Positions 48,429-62,226 are shown, counted from the first letter of the whole stretch. The stretch is DNA of 62,798 nt, filler included, from Rhabdomonas costata (GCA_019059605.1; 51 parts of 51 records of this genome joined end to end with filler, not necessarily neighbours in it); one strand, 5' to 3'. Numbers and translations are program-made. The notes: generated by a model from the sequence alone, not told the origin.

Positions 48429-49434
48429 GTCTGCCGTCTTTTCCTTGTATGCCATGCCTATGCATCACGGGTTACGCCTGCACCTTTGCCATCCAATCTC
48501 ACACGTGCTACGCTCCGCGGGTCCGAGGCGCGCCCGTTTCCTTTTCCTGTTATTCTATGTTTCTGGGACTTTTTCTTTGCATGCGTGTTCTTTCTTTTTG
48601 CACTCATTCTCCGCTTTTCATTTTCGTTCGTTTTCTTTTGCCCGCTCATCTGGTGCTCTATTGCTGTTGCTTGACTCCTTCGAGCCCATGAAAAATATTC
48701 GCAAATTTTCGTTTCCACGAAAACCCATTTTTCTCTGTCTTCGAAGGTGCTTCAGAGCTGGCGTTGCAACCGGTGAGCTCGTTCATCACGGCGGGAATCC
48801 ATGATTACAGTATGCTCAGGCCCACCCGTCATCTATCAGCCAGACCGCTCCCCCTTTCGCCATTTGTTGCGCGCACTCGCACTTGTGCTGTCGCTGTCAC
48901 AAGCAAACAAACAAAAAAGTGCTGCGCACCACCACCTGCCTGTGCTGTTATCTTGGCCTGCTCCTTCTATCCCGGGACCGAACCTTTCGCAGAACAACCG
49001 ACACCGTCACCAAGGCAACCGACACCGTCACGAAGGCTTTTAGATCAATTTGTCTTCCTTCCGTTGGTCGTTTTGGTCGCACCCCCACTTCTGCCTTAGA
49101 ACTACCGTCTCCTTCTGACGTTACTATTGAAATATCCTCCCTGCTCTCTTTCCCCTTCTCAGCCCCCAAAAGCAGCGGCGCTTCCCTTCGGCCCTTGAGC
49201 TCCCTCGTGGTCACTGCGCCACCCTCTACCACCCCCCCCACNNNNNNNNNNNNNNNNNNNNNNNNNNNNNNNNNNNNNNNNNNNNTTAATTAATTAANNN
49301 NNNNNNNNNNNNNNNNNNNNNNNNNNNNNNNNNNNNNNNNNGTTTTTTGTTTAGACGCCAAACAGCCCTTCTGCCCAGGATCCTTACAGCGTCTAAACAA
49401 GAGGTCTAAACAAGAGGCAGGTGGAAGTTCACAC

Positions 49435-50170
49435 CAGTGCCACCAGCCAGCATGCCGATTTTCCGCACCCTTCGACCCTTATAGGCGACGTGTGTGGGAA
49501 GTTTGTCCAGGTCAAGCCCGTCCATTGCAGTGAACTCCATGATGTCTCCCGGCCGAAGTGCGTTGAGAACGTCCTTCATCGCACCCATGTCGGTCCGAGC
49601 CTGCCCAAAGCAGGCAAGCACAAGCAAACATCTGACAGAGGGCGAAGTCGAGGCAGGCCTGGGAGCTTTAAAAATACAACAGGCCACCCCGACAATCAGT
49701 AGGGCCGGTCCTTCCACTTTCGGCCGGTATGTATGTCCCTTAGCGGCTCTATTCACCACTTTGCCCCTGCCTCCACTGCCCTACCGCTTCTTGTGTATAT
49801 CGACGGAGGCTTCAACAGCCCACGAAACTCACTATGGAAGCCCCCCCCCAAAAAAAGCCAACAGCAGCCAATACAGAATCGAAAAAGATAGCAGGCTTGC
49901 GATCAACACGGTACGCCTTGGTTAGAAACTTAAGACATTAAAGAACCTATGACTGAAATTACCGTCAGCACTACACTGACGCTTCTTTTCTGCGCACACC
50001 AAGATTCCGATGACTCCGAGGTCGTCGGGCCGAGTGACAGGGGAGTAGTACCCACCCCGCACATCGCCCTCGTAGACACAGCGGCAGGCGATGTACTGGC
50101 CCATCTTCAGCCCCGAGACTTGCAGCGCGCCCGGGAGGTTGAACCGGAAAACTTTCGTGTTGACCCCGAA
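49435..50170 (-). CDS. Cytochrome-b5-reductase-like C-terminal domain of kinetoplastid-type NADH-dependent fumarate reductase, exons 50170-50000 and 49600-49435
   Basis: FRFNLPGALQVSGLKMGQYIACR...GYYSPVTRPDDLGVIGIL|ARTDMG...ALRPGD...IGMLAGGT(G) closely follows trypanosomatid FRD (FNLPGALQRSGL, GYYSPITLPDDLG, ARSDKG; recalled, not searched). Confidence 0.85.
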
Positions 50171-50747
50171 CTGCAAGAAAGTTTGGCATAAGTTCATTTC
50201 ATGCCTTCCCGTTGAGCCTGAAAAGTTCCAATTGTGTAAAGGAAGTAGAGAAGGAAGAAGAAAACAGCGCTTTTGGGTTTCCACACTTTGTGCAACATAC
50301 TTGCTCTTTCCAACTGACTTTTTGAACATTGTGCAGGTGTGCAACGAGTCACTTACTCGAAGTATGTACCACCGCTACGTCTCTTTGGCGTTCCAGTGTT
50401 GGGAAGCGCAGAAAATACAGTTCCTGCACACCCACTGTGTCGGCGTTGAGGATTGGCATGACCAACAAACCNNNNNNNNNNNNNNNNNNNNNNNNNNNNN
50501 NNNNNNNNNNNNNNNTTAATTAATTAANNNNNNNNNNNNNNNNNNNNNNNNNNNNNNNNNNNNNNNNNNNNGGTTTTTTTGCCGTGGTGCTGAACTTTTA
50601 GTGTGGAAGAAAACGTATTGCCCAGCCCATCGGTCTGGCATCTTGAATGTGCTGTGGTATATACTGGCTCTTCATGACGGCCTCCTGCCCATAGTGCAGT
50701 TGTGATTTTGGCTGTGTGCGTGCGTGCGTGTGCGTGTGTGTGTGCAG

Positions 50748-51629
<882 letters not shown>

Positions 51630-51648
51630 TGAACAGGTCCAGAATTCC

Positions 51649-51702
51649 TTGGGGATGACTGCAGCAATTCCACAGCTGTGGAATTGCTGCAGTCATCCCC
51701 AA
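51649..51702. repeat. Perfect 54-nt palindrome (27-nt arms, no loop) at contig end
   Basis: TTGGGGATGACTGCAGCAATTCCACAG|CTGTGGAATTGCTGCAGTCATCCCCAA. Confidence 0.9.
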
Positions 51703-52127
51703 AAAANNNNNNNNNNNNNNNNNNNNNNNNNNNNNNNNNNNNNNNNNNNNTTAATTAATTAANNNNNNNNNNNNNNNNNNNNNNNNNNNNNNNNNNNNNN
51801 NNNNNNAAATATTAAAACAGCGCCAGAAGTTTTTAGCAGATTTCCACTCTTTACCTGAGCTGAATCCGTAATATGCCCTTCCACCGTCACATCTTGCGGG
51901 CTGCTCTCTCTGCACGGAATTTAGATGATAAATGACCGCTTTGAAGGTTCGAAGATCGGCTGCTATGTTATTGTACCAGTAGTGTTGCAAAGTGTGCTTC
52001 AATGTTATACATCCAAAAAAAATGAAGGAAGATACAATGCGGGGAGAGAGATGTGTGCCACGAGATCATCTATCCGATGCGACGGTCATCACACAAGGGC
52101 GGGGGGAGACGGGGAAGCGCGACTCAC

Positions 52128-52503
52128 CGGTGGTCCATAGAACAACAAGTGCGGCATCTTGTTCTGCTGGATCAGGGTTTTAACTGACAAAGGCAACAGG
52201 AAGTCGCGGATTCGATTGCGCGGCCAACGCGCAAATGATACAAACAGCACATGCCGTCCAGTACGCATCACTCGCAGCATCATAGAAAAACGTTCTCTTT
52301 ATAACGATCAGCCCTGGCACCTTGGCGCGGTGAACCGCCCCCTCCCCACCCTTGCATGCCGAGAAAACACTGGTCTGGATGATCTCCTCCTGTGCGAGGA
52401 TGTCGGATAGGGCAGTGGGGCGGTACTTCTCGACCCAGGGCAGGTCCTCTGCACCGCGAGGATGGCTTGGGGAGGACCGCTCCCGGGCGGCCGGCGGCTC
52501 CAT
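52128..52503 (-). CDS. RFC5: Replication factor C small subunit (human RFC5/yeast Rfc3 type), exons 52503-52371 and 52183-52128
   Basis: M...LPWVEKYRPTALSDILAQEEIIQTIKTLIQQNKMPHLLFYGPP. Confidence 0.9.
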
Positions 52504-53056
52504 CGCCGATGGAAGGGAAGCTCAAGGGAACAGATGCAAACAGCCACAAGGGCACACGAACGCTTTCCTTCGGGGAACTTTCACACGCAAACCCTCCGAG
52601 GGAGGGGAGCTACATGTTCTTCCACGAAAACAAGAAGAACAGCAGCGGGCCAGAAACTGGTGCGGGCAGAGACATAGACATGTACAAAGTTCATGAGATG
52701 TGCTTTGGGGTGTTTTTATCGATGTGAAGTGAACACAATCCCGCAACCCTCGCATAATCAGTGACTTGCTGAATCTTACAGATGCTCCTGCTTCCATATC
52801 GGATATCAGTTGCTGATGGAAAACCGCATGACGCCGTGATATGGTTTAACTCCCCAGAGCACACCAGAAGTACAGATTTGGTTGCGTCCAAAGATAGTAA
52901 TCCGAACGCATTTATAATATAAACGCTTCCAAACAAACANNNNNNNNNNNNNNNNNNNNNNNNNNNNNNNNNNNNNNNNNNNNTTAATTAATTAANNNNN
53001 NNNNNNNNNNNNNNNNNNNNNNNNNNNNNNNNNNNNNNNGGGGTTTGGTACTTGTT

Positions 53057-54172
53057 ATGTTGCTTCCCTGGCTTGCGGTTCTGCTCTTCTGGATGTCTCT
53101 GCTTCCCGTGGGTGCGGCCACCGCTGTTCATGGCCCTCGGTCTCCGCCTAGACTCCCGGACCGGTTGCTGGTGGGGTACTGTAGCTGGAACCAATGCGAC
53201 AGCTCAGTAGTGCAGGCTGTGAGGGATGGCGTGAACGTGCTGATCTGGTTTGCCATCAATCTGGCAGTGGACCCAGCGGGGGTAGCTGCTGACGTGCTCC
53301 TTGGTGGTGTGGGGGTGGGATTTGGAGGCGATGAAAACATGATCGACAGTTCCACGGCTCAGCACTAATGGGGACGGGTAATCACAGGAACCAGTGGTCT
53401 TTGCTGATGCCAGTGGGTGTCTGAGACGTAGGTGTCACATGGCGATGGAGGTATTCATAAGGGGAATGTGGATCTCGGAGAGGAGAAGGCTTTTACTCTT
53501 TTTGCCTGGTCTTTATGCTCACATTGATGAACCACAGCTTATTGGCCAAAGCAACCAAACCGGTGAACAAATGGAGGAAAGTTAAGGTGCCTGATGTCGT
53601 TGATATAAACGGAAGGGTTAACTATAAAAAAACTCTGAGCTCTGAATCCATTGTCCAGGAATTTTTCCATCATGGTCTGAATTTACCGTCGGCGATGTCA
53701 GGGAGGGAAGTGTGTGCCATGTTCTACCTTTTAATACGTATAGGTAAGGTATAAATACGTCTTGTCATGGATTTGGATTTGCGAGTGGAAGACCGTTCTC
53801 CCCTCCTCCCCTCCCCGTCGTCTTGAAGCACGCCGGCGGCCCAGGCAGAGACAGGTCTTCCCACCGTCACCAGTGGCCCGGACTGGGACTGCGTCGCGGA
53901 CAAGATTCGCGAGATCCGCGAGCTCGGGCTGCACACCGTACATCTCATCTCAATAGGGGGCTGGAACGCCCCACATCCGGACACCACCCACAGCCCTTCC
54001 GAAGTCTTCACCGCATGGGACCGGTGGAACCGGGAGGTCGTGGCCCGCCCGCTGCAGGGCTTCCACGGGTTCGACGGCTTTGATTGGGACATCGAGGGGA
54101 ATGACGATCCGGCCTCGCCCTTCAACCACTTCACTGTAGATACTTTAGATGTTATGGGGAAAGTCTCTCAGC
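53057..54172 (+). CDS. Secreted GH18 (chitinase-like) hydrolase, exons 53057-53281 and 53845-54172
   Basis: Signal peptide, LLVGYCSW, NVLIWFAI, HLISIGGWN and catalytic FDGFDWDIE (DxxDxDxE). Confidence 0.92.
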
Positions 54173-54526
54173 NNNNNNNNNNNNNNNNNNNNNNNNNNNN
54201 NNNNNNNNNNNNNNNNTTAATTAATTAANNNNNNNNNNNNNNNNNNNNNNNNNNNNNNNNNNNNNNNNNNNNGCTCGCATTGCGTGGGAGGTTTTTCGAC
54301 TGCGTGCGTTCATGTGCTTTTGCTTGCTCGTGTTTGTGATCGTGGGGTGATAGGTCGATGGAAAGCACGTCGTTGCAACAGAAGGGGCTTCTTCTTTTCT
54401 TTCTCTGTTGCTGCAGAAACAGCTGTTGAGGGCTTCAAGAGTGCTCATTTTAGGCCCATTGTATTCTTCGATTTCTCTGCGCTGTCGCTCACTCTACCCC
54501 GCTTCTGCTACTGCGTATCTCTGGCA

Positions 54527-55235
54527 ATGCTTCTTCATGCCTCCCGTCGTCTGCAGCCGCTGTGGCGGGTGGTTGGCCGTCCGGGCAGGGGGCTCAGGAT
54601 GATCGCCTTGCAGGTGCTGCCCTCGCCCAGCCCACAGTGCATGCAATTCCAGGCCTCCTCTGGGGCCTTCTTGGAGCCCATGGCTGCAGTCAATTACCAC
54701 GCCGCAAAGTTCGCTGACAACTCCCCGCTGGTCCGCCCGCTGTTCCAAATCACCGGAGTAAAGGTACCCCCACACACTTCCAAACTACACACAGGCACAC
54801 ACAGCACCCTATCCCTTAAAGTCTCCGAGCCATTTCATGAGCAATCCTTGAAGTGCTCCAGTTTTTGAAAATGTACAGGATAGAGATATGTTGTTGAGTA
54901 CTCCATTTGTGGTTGGGACGTCGACTTCGCAGCTCTCTAAGCTTGCGCTGTTTATTTTTTGCGCGTTTCTCTCTCCACGTGGGCACGTTTGACTATTATT
55001 GAAAACACACCACTGTGTTTTGACTTCGATTTGAAATTGATGCTCTCCACCCCATTCGCTTCAGGCTGTTCTTCTCGCCGATGACCACCTGGCGGTAACT
55101 AAGGAGCCCTCGGCGACCTGGGAGGAGCTCACCCCGAAGATTGAGGCCTCAATCCAGAAGTGGGCCTCGTCGGGGGCCTCTGCTGTGGATAACTCTATCA
55201 ATGACACTCAGGCCGAGCAATCCACCCGTCCCAGC
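54527..55235 (+). CDS. NFU1: NFU1-like Fe-S scaffold protein N-terminal domain with mitochondrial-type presequence, exons 54527-54763 and 55065-55235
   Basis: MLLHASRRLQPLWRVVGRPGRGLR...PSPSPQCMQF...SPLVRPLFQITGVK|AVLLADDHLAVTKEPSATWEELTPKI. Confidence 0.85.
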
Positions 55236-55280
55236 GTATGCGGATGCATACGCTGCACTTTTCCCGTGGATATGATGCTG

Positions 55281-55400
55281 GGGGTGGGGGTGTTGATAAG
55301 TAACCAGTGCCCAACTCTCCCTCCGTTCGTTCACACGTCCAGTATGGTGGCCGAACGGAGGGAGAGTTGGGCACTGGTTACTTATCAACACCCCCACCCC
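55281..55400. repeat. Fold-back hairpin with perfect 49-nt arms and a 22-nt loop, in the NFU1 intron
   Basis: 55281-55329 is the exact reverse complement of 55352-55400. Confidence 0.9.
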
Positions 55401-56004
55401 ANNNNNNNNNNNNNNNNNNNNNNNNNNNNNNNNNNNNNNNNNNNNTTAATTAATTAANNNNNNNNNNNNNNNNNNNNNNNNNNNNNNNNNNNNNNNNNNN
55501 NTTTTTGTTTCGCTGATGAAGTCCCCCTATGTTGTATTGTCTTCGCACGCGCTTGCGCATCTGGAAACTCGAAAACAATCATACATCCAAGAATGACTAG
55601 ATAGTTGATGGGCGGCAAACACGTGGGAAGACAAAAGAATCCTAACACCCAGGAGGGTTAAAATCAAATGAAAAGCCACAAATGGGGCCAACGTTGTGTT
55701 TCAGAGAACATAATTATCTCCATTTTTCTCTGTGAAAGGGAATGAAAAAAGAGTTGGTTAACCATGTGACTGAAAGAATGAGGTGGATTAAATAGTGAGA
55801 GCGTATGAGTAGATCGGGAAATGAGTGAAGTAAAGGGTACACGGGAAGAACCGACCTAATTTTATAAGAATGGGGGCAATGCTCCATCAAAAAGCGCTGC
55901 TACCTTTTTTGGGGGGAAGAAAAAGGAAGGGATATGCTTTTCGATCACACCTGCCGCATTCGAAGAGAAGAGGCGCGGAGTCCCCATGAAAGGAATGCAC
56001 TCAC

Positions 56005-56612
56005 GGTGAGGCGAATGCAAGGGCAGGGTCTCCACCTCGTTCGCCAGCTCCTGCAGGAAAGAACACGACCGGACATAGCAAAGATATGTCCCTTTCAGTC
56101 CGGAAACTGAATCCATGCGTGCACATTCCGCCAATCCCAACCTGCGTATCAACTCGGCAGCCAACGCTCTCTCTTGCCCAGACTCGATGTGAGCCTCGCT
56201 ATATTCTACTGCTGAGAATGCTGTAGAAGGCAGAGTGGCAACCCAGCTCTAGATCCAACTTGTTGCCACAAACACCACGATTTAATCAATAAACTAAATT
56301 CCAATGCATTGACGACCGAGTAGCATAGGCAGTGTAAAAGAAGAGCTCTGGCTGAAAGGGACAAAGGCAGCAGCGAAGGAGCAGAGCAGAAGCACCGCAA
56401 TTGGGACGCTCGTGGGGTCGAAGTGAAACCGCGGGCGGGCAGCAATGCACCGCTCCACCTCAGCCTGGAGGTCCATGGCCCTTCGCGCGGCAGAAAAGCT
56501 AACCGCGGAGGACCCTCTGTCCAGCTGAAGCTGGGCCTGGGCCAAGGCCACGCCTTCCCGCAAACGGCGAAGGGTGTGGCACCACGCCCGAAACTGACCG
56601 CGATACTCCGCC
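56005..56612 (-). CDS. Hypothetical helical protein, exons 56612-56408 and 56050-56005
   Basis: AEYRGQFRAWCHTLRRLREGVALAQAQL...HFDPTS|ELANEVETLPLHSPH with AG/GT borders. Confidence 0.5.
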
Positions 56613-58161
56613 CTTTGTTTTGCAACACAAACCCNNNNNNNNNNNNNNNNNNNNNNNNNNNNNNNNNNNNNNNNNNNNTTAATTAATTAANNNNNNNNNN
56701 NNNNNNNNNNNNNNNNNNNNNNNNNNNNNNNNNNGTTGTGGTGGTGCCGAGTAGGCCCCTCACAGCGAAAACAGAAAGCGCCCTGTGCGATTTTTTGAGG
56801 GACAGGTCGTTGTGTGCGTGAGTGGGTGCGGAGGTGTCCCGTCATGTCAGGGGTACATTCCCGCACTGCGACTGTGCCTTGTGGGGGGCGTCCATACTGC
56901 AGAGGCAAGATAACCCTGCGCCTAACCTTCCAAACCATTCCGAGTCTGAAGATGAGCTCTTGATCAATTGACGGCTAGCTTCTCTGGAACTCCCAAGCAC
57001 GCCTGCTCCACTACGTTTCTTGCGGGATGCGTTAAAACATTCCCCACAGTGCAAAACTTGTGTGCTTGGTAAGCCACGGACAGGAAAATCACGTTAAGGT
57101 CTTCTAGTGGGTGCTGTTGGGGGGGGGGGTCACTTAGTAGACCGCTTAGAGAGATGAAGTCAGCCTCCTTCGCCCTGCTCCGCACGCAGAGGCAGCCCTC
57201 GCTATGTTTATTTCATTCTCACCAATGGGTCTATGGCGCACCCTTGTACTTTTCTTCTCTTTTGATACAAGCGCTGACCGCTGGCTCCCTGTGCTTGTGT
57301 GGCCTTGCTCACCCTGTCACGAACTGCAGCGGGACTTTTGTATCTTGCCAGCGGGTTTTTTGGAGTGACTGGTCCCGAATCTTGTGGTTGTGTTACGTTG
57401 CAGACGGTAGGATGCAAGGAGGATTAGCGTTTTTATGTCGGTCGCCAGTCGATCGCAGCCTTTCTTCGTCCTTGATCATCGTCCATGAATCACGGTGAAA
57501 CAGCTGAAGGAGGAATAGACCTGAAATTCACAGAGAGATAGAGACAGAGACAGAGACAGAGAGAGAGCACGCATCTTTGCAGGCCCCCGACTGATTCAAG
57601 GAAGTGATTGAAGTGATGAACATCTCTATGTTAAAGGGTCCTCCACCCTAGCTTTTGGGTTTGCAACTAAGGCGATCCTCAACCTCGGTGCTCCCCCCGC
57701 CCACGTTCTTTGTGAAGGCGACAGTGTCCTGCTCCATTTTCCCTCTTTGTGGGTTGTGTGTATGTGGAAAAAACCGCAGAGTTCCCTCCTCTCCAGCGCC
57801 GCTGCCTCGCGAAAGCCAACGATGGCATAACCACGTTTCCCACACCCCCCCAACCACACCCACCACANNNNNNNNNNNNNNNNNNNNNNNNNNNNNNNNN
57901 NNNNNNNNNNNTTAATTAATTAANNNNNNNNNNNNNNNNNNNNNNNNNNNNNNNNNNNNNNNNNNNNCGTCCTGCTCGGTGTTGGGCCGTTGCTCACTTC
58001 GGGACTTCAGTTTGGCCTGAAGAAAAACAACCGCAACCCATGGAAACAAAAGGAAAATAAGAAACGCAATCAACTGCCCCCCCCCCCGATACGCTGCTGT
58101 GAACACCGGATTCACCTCACCATTATTTGAAAAAAGCGAGTAAGCCAGCAATGAAATTGAC

Positions 58162-58803
58162 CTGGGTCCGCGCGATGTGATACTTCATGGGCGCGCAGGG
58201 GTGCTTCAGCGTCAGATTCAACAGCTTCAGAAATAGCTGTACCAGAAGCTCCACCAGCCGAGTGGCCTTGCACTGATGATAATGGAAAGTGAGAACGGTT
58301 GATATGAATGGGTACTGACTGCAGTCAAGCGTGCAATACGAACATGCACAGCACCAAAGTCACGACGAAGGCGCGCTGAGGGTAGCTTTCATTCTCCAAA
58401 TGCACAACAATATCTTCTAAATAATTCCGTATACAGACGATTTCAGATCAATCAGCCAATGGTTACATCAAAATCAGCCACCACAAGGCGATAACCGCCC
58501 ACCTTCGAACTCCAATCACTGTATTGACAATAAGAATCCCACACAGGCAAATACGTGGCTCGCCGCGCTGAACAGCTCTGCCAGCACCCTGGCCGACAGC
58601 AGCTGCAGGTTGGGATCCTCAAAGCGGGCCTCGGGAAGTGCGGGCAGGCTGAAGGCAATCGCCGCCAAAGGGCGCACCGCGGAGACCGGCGGAGGCACCG
58701 GGGTGGGCCCTCCGCACAGCGCCACGGAGACGCAGTTGAAGAGCCGCAGGCTGGCAAGGGTCAGCAGGTCGGGGCTAGCTAGGCATCGCGCCAGCTGCAA
58801 AGC
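58162..58803 (-). CDS. Hypothetical ARM/HEAT-like protein, exons 58803-58555 and 58272-58162
   Basis: Phase-0 GT-AG join of Leu-rich helices: ...LLSARVLAELFSAASH|CKATRLVELLVQLFLKLLNLTLKHP... Confidence 0.6.
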
Positions 58804-59203
58804 CTGCAACACATGAACAGCACCCAAAACACAGACAAAGAGGAACCCAAAAAGTCACCGTCGAGAGAGAAGAGAGTTGACCACTGCGATCAATATGCAA
58901 TTAGTTGATCCCCATCACAAGGTCATGCACTCCTAAAAACAGAGTTGCTGTCTCCCATATTCCCATTCATCTATTGCGGTAATGAATGAGGGAAGCCACT
59001 CCTTGGAGCGAAGGCGGTCGCTGGATTGTATCGTATCACAAGAAACTTATCCCGCAGTCTTGATAGACGCACCACTTATTGCAAAAGTGCACCCACCCCC
59101 NNNNNNNNNNNNNNNNNNNNNNNNNNNNNNNNNNNNNNNNNNNNTTAATTAATTAANNNNNNNNNNNNNNNNNNNNNNNNNNNNNNNNNNNNNNNNNNNN
59201 GTG

Positions 59204-59385
59204 TTGTGTGGAACGGAAAGGGAACACTTTTTCACCTGTGCCCCAGGAGCAAGACGACGCCTGCAGAAGGGCTGCTGGGACAGCTGTGGTGCCAAGCAGC
59301 AGCACCAGAACAAAAAGCTGCATGTTGCAGCACCCAGAGCCACCAGAGCACTGCTGAAAAAGTGTTCCCTTTCCGTTCCACACAA
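59204..59385. mobile_element. 182-nt MITE-like fold-back with perfect 31-nt inverted repeats
   Basis: TTGTGTGGAACGGAAAGGGAACACTTTTTCA (59204-59234) and its reverse complement (59355-59385). Confidence 0.65.
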
Positions 59386-60729
59386 AAACAACTCGAAAAG
59401 CAACAATAAAAGCGCCTATTGAAGGGAACAGTTTCAAACATTGCAGATTGCAAAGGTCGTAATCATTCCACTATTGATCACACATCATCCTTGATCATTC
59501 GGTCATTTTATCTGTTGTACATAGCACCTTGAACAAGGCTCCTCTCGCGGCACTCTCAAACCCTGCATCGTGGCCAAGGGTTTTTCTGGTGAGCTTCTCA
59601 ACGAAACACGGCCACCCAGCGTTGCGGGAGACCTGCTGTAAAAACAAAAGACCTCCAGGCCTGCTTCCGCTTGGCTAACCTGTCACCCTCGACCCCTTCG
59701 CTGTAAATTGAATCCTTCAAGAAGAGAAATCGAAAGACCAAATGACTGCCAAACACACCAATACCATCGACACAGTAGGGCATTTTTCTGCCAACTTGCA
59801 GCTGTCGAGAGCAACCCAGGACAGCAACCCAACAACCTAGAAAGCAAACCAAGCCAACCAATGCACAGGGTTTGTTACAGAAGCCGCCCCCATACAACAG
59901 AAGGTCTGTGATATTCACAACCACTCCACTGTATTTTTTCCACTTCACTGTAAACGCCCAAGAATGCAAGGAACGGCTCCAAACGCGGAAGCCGCAGCCC
60001 CGAGCCTAGCCGGCAGCCCACGCCTCGAAGTCTGTCGCCCCGTTCTGAGAAAAAAAGTGTTGAGTGGTGCCAAAGAGAAGCTGGCGGTTGGACCTGTCAA
60101 CAAAACTTGAGCTGCAGTAACGTCCATTCCCAATAACCAACAACCCAATAACCGGAGACCAAAGCCATGCAAAAAAACGAAGGAAAAATGAAGAGCCTGA
60201 TTAGCCCTGGATTAACTCATCAGCGCGCTGTGCGTCGTTTTTGCACCCCAGCAACCACAGGAAAAGCGATATCATTATTCACACCAACCCAATATATAAG
60301 CGAATTTTATTCATCCCAATATACCCAAAAACCNNNNNNNNNNNNNNNNNNNNNNNNNNNNNNNNNNNNNNNNNNNNTTAATTAATTAANNNNNNNNNNN
60401 NNNNNNNNNNNNNNNNNNNNNNNNNNNNNNNNNTTGTGGTGGGATGGAGAACGCTTTTCCGCTCCAAGCTATCGAGGATAAGCCTCTATCCTTTGTTCTG
60501 TTGTTGTGTTGATGCTTTAAATAAGTTAGATGCGTTAGGGTCACACGCGTTAGCAAGTGCACGTTGGTCACCGTCACCGTTGTGCCGTGTTGTGCCGTGT
60601 GGCTGGTTGCCAGCGGGTTGATCCGAGGGTAGGGCCTGGGTTCAGGACGCGTTTGCGGGTGTAGTACAGGTTTCGAGTTTGTGCCAGTGTGACTGCAACC
60701 CATGCCTGATACCCATTTTCCCATGAAAG

Positions 60730-61565
60730 GCCGTGGCGATGATCAACGGATCGCTTCTGCTGCACCACCATACCGCGACTGACTTCATGCGGCGGGCAGA
60801 GGAGCACGAGGTGACCAGACAGAAGGCCTACGAGGCTCGGTATAACACTCGCCCTCGGATGCACGTCATTGTTCATTGTACCAGAAGATTTTGCTATTTT
60901 CTTTTTTATAATGATTCTGCAACCGCTGTCTCATTCCTAATCAGTTGCACACGCATGCACACGAACACCCCACCGCGTCGACCGTCATGACGCTTATGTT
61001 TGATGTATTTAACAGGCTGCTTGTCACGTTTTGCCTCGCGGTTCCCCCACAGTTTATGTCCAGACCTTTATCGAGATGATAGTGTCTCCCTTTATACCCC
61101 TTCTCTCTCTCCCCTCGTTCTTTTAATGCTCTTTCGCTGACTTTACCACGACCGTAAGCCGCGCAAAGCTCGGTGTGCGTTCGGTTCCGCTCGGTTATCA
61201 CACCCTCAGGGGTCGAGAGGGAACCACCTCCCCGGCCCGTCGCATAAAAAAGCCGCGCTGCCCGCACACATAACAGCTGGCTCAGGTCTGGTCACGCCTC
61301 TCTCTCGCAGGCACACGTATTTTCTCTCTGTGTGGCCCTTTGCTCAGGTTTGCCGAACTGTATGTCTGCCTCCTGGAGGCGATGGCAGGCACCGTGATGG
61401 GGGACTGCCGCTCCCGCTTCCTGCAGGGCAAGTACGCCGCCCCGCCGCACCGCGAGGGGGTGCTGGCGGAGCTCCGGTTTGAGTACCAGGCCCTCCGCGG
61501 CTCGCTCCGCGCTCAGCTCTCGGGGATGGCCGGGCTGGCGAAGACCCTCTCCCTGACCCCCCACC
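60730..61565 (+). CDS. Hypothetical protein, exons 60730-60839 and 61348-61565
   Basis: Phase-2 GT-AG join: ...EVTRQKAYEARFAELYVCLLEAMAG...LAELRFEYQALRGSLRAQL. Confidence 0.6.
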
Positions 61566-62226
61566 NNNNNNNNNNNNNNNNNNNNNNNNNNNNNNNNNNN
61601 NNNNNNNNNTTAATTAATTAANNNNNNNNNNNNNNNNNNNNNNNNNNNNNNNNNNNNNNNNNNNNTTTTGTGTGGTATATAAAGGAGTTCCAGTGGAGAG
61701 CAAACTTGGATGGCAAGGACCCCTTTCTTTGGTTGATGGAGCACATTCGCGATGGAAATTTCCAGTGAATCTTTTGATATTTGATCTCGCAGGGGATTAG
61801 AAAGCGATGCACGTGTCCCCTAGAAAAAGGTTCACTGCTGAACGAATGCCAAATAAATTTAGTGTTTTTGTAGAGAGTGGGGCAGCTGGGGCATTTTTTA
61901 TGGCAGGAATTTGGGTGGTTCTCTGCTTTCTGCTTGAGTCGGTGTTGCTCATCCTATGCCTTAGTGTGCGGACTTGGGGAGCTGGGCGTTGGAATCTAAT
62001 TATGCCAGTCGGAAAGTCGAATCGTGGAAGTTGACCTTTTTGTGAGTTTTGTGTGTGTTTTATCGCCGCGACCTGAAAGAAGTTTTGCATCATTTCACAG
62101 AACTCAGCCTCCACGTGTCACGCACGAGGCATCAAACTTCGACAGGAGACGTACATGCCTTTCGTACAGTGATGACCAATGCTGGCTCTGGCTGAGCAGC
62201 CGTTTGCGATCATCCAGCTGGCTCAC

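Noticed and set aside
49391-49416. 13-nt tandem duplication as a transposon footprint
   Set aside because: A simple intronic duplication with no associated element.
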